From assembly GCA_965240325.2 (NCBI GenBank), contig OZ251223.1, positions 3,348,001 through 3,412,000 of the forward strand: a stretch of 64,000 nt of DNA, in the 5' to 3' direction. The position numbers were made by a program, and so were the translations under genes. The first letter of the stretch is position 1. The number at the start of each line of letters is the position of its first letter. Positions 40,771-50,015 of the stretch are shown here, piece by piece. The DNA comes from Rebecca billardiae RCC1528. Its lineage: Eukaryota; Protista; Haptophyta. Under the pieces are notes generated by a model. The model saw only the letters and a list, made by a program, of their open reading frames with translations, did not search any database and was not told the origin of the DNA.

Positions 40771-42687
40771 ATGGCGCCCCAAGCTGCCACGCAGCGCGCA
40801 CTCGTCGTGGTCGCGATCGTGGCGTGTTCCCTGCTTGCGCTGAGCACGCAGCTCCAGGACCTTCGCCGAGACTGCGCTGAGGTTGTGCGCCCTGCTCACG
40901 AGTTGTCGACGATCTCTGCAGCACCTTCCGGCGACGGGGCGCATGGCGACCTGGCGAGTGCTCACAGCACTCCGCTTGTCACGTCGGTCCCATCGCCGGG
41001 CTTCGTGGACGTACGGGGACCCATTGGTGCTGCGGTGCCTTTGCTCCCAGAGGAGAGCGCACGTCCATCCTCGGCCGCTGCGGAAACCGCTGTGCGCCGC
41101 ACGTTGAGCGACCCCGCGGAGGCGCCGCGGCCAGCGGCACAGACCGCCATACGCGCCAATTTGACACACCCAGCCTGGCCGCAGTTCCACTGGGAGAGCT
41201 ACGCCGACTGGCACCTGGCGCACTGGGATCACGCATGGACGGATAACCGCATCTTGCGCGAGGACCTGGAGGACCTCGAGGAGATCTGCGAGCGCGGGAC
41301 GGGCCTGATCTGGTGCACGCGTGTGCAGATCATTCAGCGTAGGCTGTACGTCAAGGACGTGCGCGCGCTAGAGCTCGACCGCGACTACGCGGTGAGCCGG
41401 ATCGCGCCGCTGATCGACATCATCAAAGCCCACCCGACGCTGCCGAATGTTGACCTCATGTTTGGACTCAACGACCAGCCACAGGTGGCGTACAACTACA
41501 GGGGGCCACACGCGCGCGCGCACGACGTGCTGCACCCTCCACCAATGTTCGGGGCGACGCTGAGCCCGCGCACCGTCGACATCCCATGGCCTGACTACTC
41601 GTTTTGGCTCCCAACACGCCCGCACAAGACGCGCACGCCGCCGTGGGACACGGCTCGAGAGGAGATCCTTGCCGCTGCTGCCGAGTGGCCGTGGGAGCGC
41701 AAGCGCCGCATCGCCTTCTTCGCCGGCAACATGCGCCACCCTGTGCGCCAGGAGATGGTCCAGGTGGCCAACCGGACGGACCACAGGGACCTCTTTGCGC
41801 TGCGCACCGTCTGGATTCACAAGACAGAGAGGCGCTGTGTGGGTGGCGGCGATGGGGACATCGACGACGGCGGACCGGGCATCCGTGAGCTGGGCTGCAG
41901 GTATGCCCAGCCCGACTTCTGCCGATACCGCTACCTCCTCAACCTCGGCAGCGGCGGCAACTACGCGAACAAGCTCAAGTACCTGCTGCTGTGCGGCTCG
42001 CTGATCATCCACGTGACTAAGCACAACGCGGTGCGCGCACGCGTGCCCGCGCTGGCCCCGCGCTGCGACCCCCTGCCCCTCACCGCGCACCTCTCACACG
42101 CGCGCACACGCGTCCGTTCCCCATGGCAGAACGAGGAGTTTTGGCAGTCGCACTTCGTCCCTGGTGAGCACTTCATCCAGGTGCCGTCGGCCGACCACGT
42201 GCCCGGCGTTTTGCGCCGGCTGATGACCGACCCGGTCGCAGAGGCGGAGGGTGCGCGCATCGCGGCAGCTGGCCAAGCGCGCATGGCCGCGCTCACCAAG
42301 GAGCAGGTGATGAGCTACTGCGCGACCATCCTCCGGGGATATGCGCGCCGCATGCGCTTCAAAGCCGCTCCGGTGCGCGGCGCGTTCGAGGTGAATTGCG
42401 TCGACGACCTGTGGCGGCACTACGAGAAGGACTTCCGGGAGCCATGGTTCGCGAAGATGATCACAAACGACAACTCGTCGTGCCTCCGCCCGCCAACGGC
42501 GCCGTTCCAGCCGCCAGGCTATGGCGGCGCGTATCGCGGCACCAAGGTGCCATGCCTTGCAGCGAACAACCTCGTGCTGAGGCAAGAGCGCTGCTTCCCA
42601 CCGAGCACGGCGGACGCGAAGCGCCTCGCATACCTCGACCGCATCTACAACGACAGCTGTGGCGACGTCAAGTGTCGCATCGATTGA
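40771..42687 (+). CDS. Glycosyltransferase family 90 (CAP10/KDELC/POGLUT-like), type II membrane, 2 exons
   Basis: LPNVDLMFGLNDQP, DIPWPDYSFW, WPWERK..AFFAG, CRYRYLL..YANKLKYLLLCGS, EFW..PGEHFI. In-frame intron 42031-42129. Confidence 0.88.
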   Translation: MAPQAATQRALVVVAIVACSLLALSTQLQDLRRDCAEVVRPAHELSTISAAPSGDGAHGDLASAHSTPLVTSVPSPGFVDVRGPIGAAVPLLPEESARPSSAAAETAVRRTLSDPAEAPRPAAQTAIRANLTHPAWPQFHWESYADWHLAHWDHAWTDNRILREDLEDLEEICERGTGLIWCTRVQIIQRRLYVKDVRALELDRDYAVSRIAPLIDIIKAHPTLPNVDLMFGLNDQPQVAYNYRGPHARAHDVLHPPPMFGATLSPRTVDIPWPDYSFWLPTRPHKTRTPPWDTAREEILAAAAEWPWERKRRIAFFAGNMRHPVRQEMVQVANRTDHRDLFALRTVWIHKTERRCVGGGDGDIDDGGPGIRELGCRYAQPDFCRYRYLLNLGSGGNYANKLKYLLLCGSLIIHVTKHNAVRARVPALAPRCDPLPLTAHLSHARTRVRSPWQNEEFWQSHFVPGEHFIQVPSADHVPGVLRRLMTDPVAEAEGARIAAAGQARMAALTKEQVMSYCATILRGYARRMRFKAAPVRGAFEVNCVDDLWRHYEKDFREPWFAKMITNDNSSCLRPPTAPFQPPGYGGAYRGTKVPCLAANNLVLRQERCFPPSTADAKRLAYLDRIYNDSCGDVKCRID

Positions 42688-42917
42688 GCCAGTGCGGCGT
42701 GCAGCTGCGATTCAGCCGAGCGACCAGCCCGCGCGGAGGCAGCCTGACCAGCCTCCGCGCGGCCACGCCTCCCCGGCCCACAGCCAACACCGCCAGTCAT
42801 CAGCAGCTAGGCCCGCCGCCGTCGGAGTTATATATATAAGCTAGGGAGTAGCTTGAAACGTTACGTTACTGACACCGTAACCGTCACTGTAACTGAGCCG
42901 ACTACTCTAAATATGTT

Positions 42918-43073
42918 ATTATTATCGGTCCGACTTTTCCGAGCCTGATGACGAGTGACGGGCGCAGACCGCGCGCTGACTCAGTGAAACTGAGCAGATT
43001 ATTATCATCGGTCCGATGACTTTGCCTATATGATGATCGGACTGGCGGACCGCGTGACTCAGTGAACGGCTGA
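42918..43073. repeat. Diverged tandem duplication (~76 bp x2)
   Basis: Copies 42918-42993 and 42998-43073 share attattatc..ggtccga..cttt..gcc..tgatga..gaccgcg..tgactcagtgaa..ctga. Confidence 0.75.
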
Positions 43074-43363
43074 CTCACTGTGGCGGCTGACTAGACCGGA
43101 CTGGCGCGGCACTGGCAGTCTGAGGCGGCTGACAGGCCCAGGCCCAGCCCCAGGGCGCGCCGGTCATCGACGACATCATCAGTACGTATATATGATCGGC
43201 TACGCCGATCTTCGGGTAGTAAACAACGAAGTTGAGGGCGCACGGCCCTAGCTAGTTCCGCGCGTGGCTGCGTGCGCCAGCTGCGCGCACCCGCTGCGCC
43301 CGCGTTGAGCCCATGCGAGCGCCGCGCCTGCGAGCACACGCGGCGGCTCGACATGCAGCCGCA

Positions 43364-43877
43364 CGGCTGACGGCAGTGTCGCTCGTGCGCCTGCCCGTGA
43401 TCAGTCTCAGCTCTGAGGCGCGCGCTCAGGAGGGCTGCGGCCGGGCCGAGCGCGATCTGCGCAGACGGTACAGCCCGTGGTGGCTCATGGGCAGCCCGAG
43501 CCCAAAGCCCGCCTCCGCCATCCGCGTCACAGCCGGCCGCTCCAGCCGAGGTCTCGCGTGCTGCGCTGCAGCCGTGCTCGGCCGAACCGGACGCCCGCCG
43601 AGCCGAAGCCGGGCACGCGGCGGCTGACGGCAGTGTCGCTCGTGCGCCTGCCCGTGATCAGTCTCAGCTCTGAGGCGCGCGCTCAGGAGGGCTGCGGCCG
43701 GGCCGAGCGCGATCTGCGCAGACGGTACAGCCCGTGGTGGCTCATGGGCAGCCCGAGCCCAAAGCCCGCCTCCGCCATCCGCGTCACAGCCGGCCGCTCC
43801 AGCCGAGGTCTCGCGTGCTGCGCTGCAGCCGTGCTCGGCCGAACCGGACGCCCGCCGAGCCGAAGCCGGGCACGCGG
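43364..43877. repeat. Perfect tandem duplication, 257 bp x2
   Basis: 43364-43620 matches 43621-43877 (identical translations in the ORF track); CGGCTGA occurs at both junctions. Confidence 0.92.
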
Positions 43878-44530
43878 CTGATGAGCAGTGGTAGCCAGGC
43901 GAAGCCGTCGTCGCGGGCGAAGCTGCGCTGGGTGATGCGGCTGAGCAGTCGGGTTACCGCGCACCGCGCGCGTGGCCGTGATGGGTCGGCACAGCCCAGT
44001 CAAAGACACGGCATCGTATCGCCCTCTGGCCGCCAGCAGCATCACCTCTGCCGTCTGCGAGCGACTCGTAGTTGCAGCAGCAGCTGCCAAGAGCTTGCAC
44101 AAAGAAACTGCGCGACGCCGACGGGCGCGCCGACGCGCGTGGACGCGGGTCGGCACCGGGGCGGGGCGCGAGGGGGGAAAGAGGCACGAATGCGATGCCG
44201 ACGGCCGTTGGGACCCACCGCAGCCGCGCGCACCTGCGCTGAGTCTGTCGGATTGAACGATCGTGCGGCGGCGGCCTACATGGGCAGTGGCGGCTTCTCG
44301 GCGCCTCGTTCGGAGCCTCGGCTCGGCCCGCCCGTCAATGCGCGAGCCACAAAGGCCGTACCATGGTATAGTATTAATCATGAAGGGAGATATTATGAAG
44401 ATTTGTCCGCTCAAGTTTATCGTTCATATTCGTCAAGCTGTCCCGGACGCGCCGGTATTAAATGGGAGAGAATCCGAAGGGTCGTGCATGAAGCGGTAGA
44501 AATTCTTATGCTCATGATAACTTTCAGGCC

Positions 44531-44566
44531 CGTCAATGCGGGTGGCGATTGCCACCCGCATTGACG
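44531..44566. repeat. Perfect 16-bp inverted repeat with a 4-nt loop
   Basis: cgtcaatgcgggtggc-gatt-gccacccgcattgacg. Confidence 0.92.
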
Positions 44567-45553
44567 TCGTATCAGTAGATGACCAAAAGTATATCAACAA
44601 GAGTAGCTTGATAACCGTATGATACCACGGCGCGCGGGAACGTCGATTCAAGCTACCCGCACAATACCATATCGCGTCGCTGCCATCATTGTTGATGAGC
44701 GAATTCAGGCCTCATCAACAAATGATCATATGGGTCGAGAGCGAGAATGTTCGCCTTCAGGCTATGTCGTTCATCTGAAATACAAGAATTGGATTGCCAC
44801 CGAACCAAATGTTTGGTTCGCTTTATGCAGAATCTCGTTTCAGTTGAATGGCGGGCGATCGTCTTTCGTTGAAACGGTGTTTTTGAAGCGCAGTTCTCTT
44901 AAGAGAAGAGGGATGCGTCTAATCTAAAACGCTGTTTTTCAGAAGCGCGTGAATCAAAGCTGACGACCCAACCTATCGTTTCTATGGTTGGCGAGCTGTT
45001 TCAGGCTCTTACAATTCAGGCATCTTACTATGACGGAATGTTCTAACACACGGCTGGTGTTATGTGCTATTCCACCCTGCATTCCCCTAAGTGTTACTAT
45101 CGTTAAAATTAAGGGGCAGTACAAACGCAATCATTGCGGCAGCGATATCCACTCATACGCGGTGGCCACCTACCCAAAAATCCCCAAAATCCTGCGCGCA
45201 TCCTCTTTTTGATTTTGCGGAGCACGTGCGCCCCCCCCCCCCGGCTTTCGCTCACGCTCAGACCTTTCGGGGGGGGGGGGGGGGGGGGGGCGTGCGCCAT
45301 TACTACTAGCTACTAGACCCCAACCGTATAAATAAGGCGTTACAATCATTCAATGCGATCAGTCTCGTTATAGGTCTCGCAGGTAATACGACCGAGGGAC
45401 TGACGGTCGACACTGGAGTCTTCGTAGCCTAAAAACTAAAAGTACCATCATATTTATCCCCCCCCCCCGGCCATTGAAGCCGAGCGTGACTGTCAGAGCG
45501 AAAGCCGAAACGGCGCAAGTGTCGGTGTGAACGATTGGATGTGTCAGTGCCAT

Positions 45554-45835
<282 letters not shown>

Positions 45836-47696
45836 AATCAAAAAGAATAATCATAATGGCGCGCACGCAGGAAATTTAGTGGTGATTTTTTCGTGGATAT
45901 GGATAACTGTCCAGGAGGGGATCAGACACACATTAAAGTGGCATACACGATTAGCCCGTAATGTCTGCTTGCTGCGCTACACGCGAGGCACGGGGGACAG
46001 CTGCCGTTGAGCTACAGGCTTATACACAACACCGTTTTCTGTGCGTGGATGACTTTTGATTGCGACAAGACCTTGTACTGTCCAAGATACCCCTCCCGCG
46101 AACAACATTTTGAATTGTCCAAGATGCCCCCTCGCCGTAGCTAGTACTTATTTTGGCTTAAAACATGGTTGAGATCACAGGCTGCTGCTCCGAGCCTCGA
46201 AGGCTACTAGTAGTAGTACTACTAACTACATTTTGTGGCCATGTAAGTCCGCCATGATAATCTTGAAAACGCCAGGCTACCTCCGTACTGCTAGTGATTT
46301 GTTACCAGTAGCACATTTCGAGTACTTATCGATGCCACGTTGCCACCGGATGACCAGCAGGTCTTACTGATTGTTAATGCTGGTCACCAGTTTTACTAAC
46401 CTCGTATAATCAGTTAGAATACACTTATACAGTAGTGACCAATACGTTATTGCCTGTAACGGCAACGGTGCCATTCGTCACTCGGCAACAGTACTGTCAG
46501 CACACTGGTATCAGAGTACAGTACGGTCCAGCGGCCCGTGCAGTAGCGTACAAGTACCCGGTCATTATGCCGGCTCGACACGGTGTAGCTAGTAATCCGT
46601 TGCTGGTAGTGGTACGTACCGTGCCAACGTGGCAATTCGGACATGTGACAAATTAGTACTACGCGTCACCACCCTGGCAGGGCACTCGCGGTGACAATAG
46701 GCTGACTTCCTAAACGGACGCGGACCGCACCGTATCTGTCAATCACGGCGAGCCACCCTTCCGTCTTTCAGTGCTGTGTTCTGTGGAAGCTATGAACACG
46801 TAGAACACATTGCCTACGTTACGGGGCTTGATGCCGAAAGCGCCTGTCCAACCGCAGTTCAAGCCCAAGCGCCACGACCGGTTAGCGGAGGTGGCGCAGG
46901 CAAGCTGGCGCGGTCGTACGAGCGCGTGAGCTTGAGCAACCGCTTCCCTTCCCGCTTAGTTCCACCACTCCCACATCCACGTGCCCGAGCGCGTGTGAGG
47001 CTACGTATCGGGGAATACGGTTGGGCAAGTAGGGGCCAGGATCGCCTGCCTGATGGCGCTGCTGACCTTTTGGCACGCCGTGCGACAGAGTAGACCTGCC
47101 AATGTTCCGTCTGACCCCACGCGTCACGATCCGATGGTTGGCTACGGCTGCTGCTGAGCGAAGCTGCGAATACTTGCGGCGTGTGCGCGCCTCAGCAGTG
47201 GCAGGGCGTGAGCAATCCTTGCACCAACTTCTTGACGTCACTCCGACTCATCCAATAATAATCAAGTGCCCCAGGCCTTCTCCGAGAAGACAGTGCTCTC
47301 ATATTGTACTTATTGCCGTTTTACCGGCTTTGGACCACGTGGGGAGTGCGCAAAGAGATGAATCGAACCCCTCCATGAATGTTTTCAGGGCGATCAGTCC
47401 GTTTAAACCATATGCATGTAAGCCGCGTGGGTATTCAATGAATAGGTGATGCGAATCCTTTAAAAAAATCTCGTGTGGGCTTCATCGAAGTCTGGTACTC
47501 TGGTACCCCTAACGGCCCAACCGTTGCGCAAGCTTCCACGGCTCAAAAGTTGTGCGTCAATGAGCCGTCACTTCGCGGCAGCGTCCACCCTCGTCAAAAC
47601 CTCGAGACGCCGGTCCAGTTACGTCGATTCTGACCAGCAAGGCGGACGTCTTGTCGAAAAACGCCCCAGATCTCAAACGCAAACCACGCTCACACC

Positions 47697-48488
47697 ATGA
47701 TGAACGACACCGGACACACGCGAGTCCTCGTGCGCCGCGCGAGTACGACGGCTCGAGCTGTGCACCATCTCCGCAGGCGGCTGAGCTGCGTGGAGGAGAA
47801 CGGCGAAGATGTCATCAACACACGAAGCACAACCGGTGCTGCTGGGCGGTACGCCGCTTTCGGCATCCGGATGCCCCAACTTTTCACCATGCGAGGTGCC
47901 GAGCAGCTCGAAGCCGCCGCCGCAAACGCCCACCGATACTCCAACGCAAGCGAAGTGGCCGACGTTCTTCGCCCTGTCTTCCCGCCGTGGCTCGTGTACA
48001 GCGGCGCAGCCATCGGCCTCGGGTACATCGGATTCGATGTGCTGCAGCACACCCACCGCGAGTCGCTGCGCCGGCCGGCCGAGCGGGACGTTGCGCGCGC
48101 CTTCTTCGAGAAGACCCTATTTCACGGATGTGCCAGCGTGCTGCTGCCGGCGACATTCATTCACCACGCCATGGGCTTTGCACGGACCGCCCTGCGGCGG
48201 GGCGCCTACCCTCGTTGGGCTGGACAGTGGGGCCCCTTGCTTGCCGGGCTCGCTGTCGTGCCACTCCTCCCTGTGATCGTCGACGCGCCAACGGAGATGA
48301 TTGTCGGAGCCGCTTTCGACGCCGTGTGGCCCTGGCCCATGGACCGCTGGGCGTCTACCACGCCACCCGAAGCTGTGCGACGCCGGCTAATGTCCAGCAC
48401 GACTGACCCCGCCGACCGACGCGCAAGCTGCCTCGTGCGCCGAAGCACGTTCAAGTTCACGTCGATCGACTACCCGAGCGAAGAGTAA
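47697..48488 (+). CDS. MTFP1: Mitochondrial fission process protein 1 (MTP18)-like
   Basis: RYSNASEVADVLRP..YIGFDV, TLFHGCASVLLPATFIH and WGPLLAGLAVVPLL..IVD match the MTP18 pattern. The true start may be 47871 or 47889. Confidence 0.8.
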   Translation: MMNDTGHTRVLVRRASTTARAVHHLRRRLSCVEENGEDVINTRSTTGAAGRYAAFGIRMPQLFTMRGAEQLEAAAANAHRYSNASEVADVLRPVFPPWLVYSGAAIGLGYIGFDVLQHTHRESLRRPAERDVARAFFEKTLFHGCASVLLPATFIHHAMGFARTALRRGAYPRWAGQWGPLLAGLAVVPLLPVIVDAPTEMIVGAAFDAVWPWPMDRWASTTPPEAVRRRLMSSTTDPADRRASCLVRRSTFKFTSIDYPSEE

Positions 48489-49524
48489 CGCGTGATCACT
48501 CGTCCTCTTCCTCCTAGACGGATGTGCAGCAGACGCCAAGATGGGCGGTGCTGCCTAGGCACTGGCGCTCTGCCGCCGTGTCGTCTGACGGCCGTGTCGC
48601 AGGCCGGCGCGGAAGGCGCCGCTACTGGCAGCCTGAGTGCCGCTACGCGGACAGCTGCCTGATAAGGTGCGGCAAGAATTACGAGCTGCCGCTAGTTACT
48701 AGATAGTGCTTATCAGGCCAACGCGGCTAATAGTGGTAACAGTACGTATCACTAGGCTCTACCTCTCAAGTTGGACTCTCGGGTTGCACCGGCCGCCGGC
48801 CGCCACCCCGCGGGCGCCGCCGCTGCGCGGCCCGCGGCCCGGCACCGGGCACCGGCACTGGCCGCGCGCGCCGGCGCGGCGCGCGCGCCGCCGCCGGGAC
48901 CAGCCACCAGGCACTCGCCTATGCCACGCCTGGCACGTGGCTCGACGGCGGCCGACTCGGCCGACCGTCGGCGGGCCCGAGTGCCCGGAGTGGCACGGCG
49001 GGTACCGTCGGACAGCCGTCAGTCCGGTCAGTGGTTCACTCGGACCGTGCTGCCAGATATGCAGACTGGTCTAACTCTAACTAGTAACTAAGTGACACTG
49101 CGGTGAGTCAGTGTCGCGCGGTGACTGAATGAGTGGACTGCGGACAGTCTGCATGTCGGGCAGCAGTCAGTGAACAGTCTGCATGTGGCAGTGGCAGTCT
49201 GCATGTGGCAACCGCCAGTCGTGGTGTGACGCCCGCCGAACTTCAGTTTCAGACGATGCGGCATCATGCAATGCAATGACGCCGATGCAATCTTCGCGCG
49301 GGTCTCGGTTCCTACTAACCGCGTTAGCCGCCCGTGGCCGTTAGCCGATTTATTTAGAATTACTAATTAGACTACTTACTCACATAGATAGTGACTTAGC
49401 TGAGTCAGCCGCCGCGAGCCTGAATCAGTAAGGCTTAACTCAGTAGTGCTGAGTTCGAGCCTGACGGTCCCGCGGCCCCGTCCGGGTCAATCATCAGCCT
49501 TAACGACTAGTAGTTACTAGTAGT

Positions 49525-49773
49525 TAGTAGCTTACGACGGCCCTCGTACCTCTGATTCTGAAGGCGCCATCGTCCGACGATGCTAAATCGCATCAGGCGG
49601 CTGACTCGGGGGATCAAGGTTCCGAGTAGTCTCGGCTACAGTACTAGTAGCTTACGACGGCCCTCGTACCTCTGATTCTGAAGGCGCTACTCATCGTCCG
49701 ACGATGCTAAATCGCATCAGGCGCGGCTGACTTGGCGGGGGATCAAGGTTCCGAGTAGTCTCGGCTACAGTAC
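49525..49773. repeat. Tandem duplication, 120/129 bp
   Basis: Copies 49525-49644 and 49645-49773 are identical except for three short insertions in copy 2. Confidence 0.92.
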
Positions 49774-50015
49774 TCGTCCGTTACGCGCATGATTATGATG
49801 ATACGTACGCGGTCCGTGTATCAGACTGACGGTCGGAGTAGGGTTCGCGGTACTCGGTGGCACTACATTAGTATAGCTCTGGGCTAGTTTACCAGGAAGG
49901 CAGCAGGAACGTTGCCTGACGCCCTGAGTCCTGACCGGGCCGGCCACCGGGCTGCTTCTTAGCTTAGGTCGTCGTCGCGTCTTCCGGATCGCCGGTCGCG
50001 CCCTGGATCCGCGGG

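Noticed and set aside
42926-43015. Hammerhead-like CTGATGA...GAAA...GTC
   Set aside because: Stem II has no closing pair and stem I cannot form; better explained by the tandem duplication.
44619-44927. 102-aa ORF in the low-GC island (also 18614-18946 and 47102-47449)
   Set aside because: Codon usage is unlike the host genes, with no recognisable transposase, RT or other motifs.
47330-47420. GGTTCGATTC B-box on the minus strand (possible tRNA)
   Set aside because: The T-stem and acceptor stem do not pair; no cloverleaf can be built.
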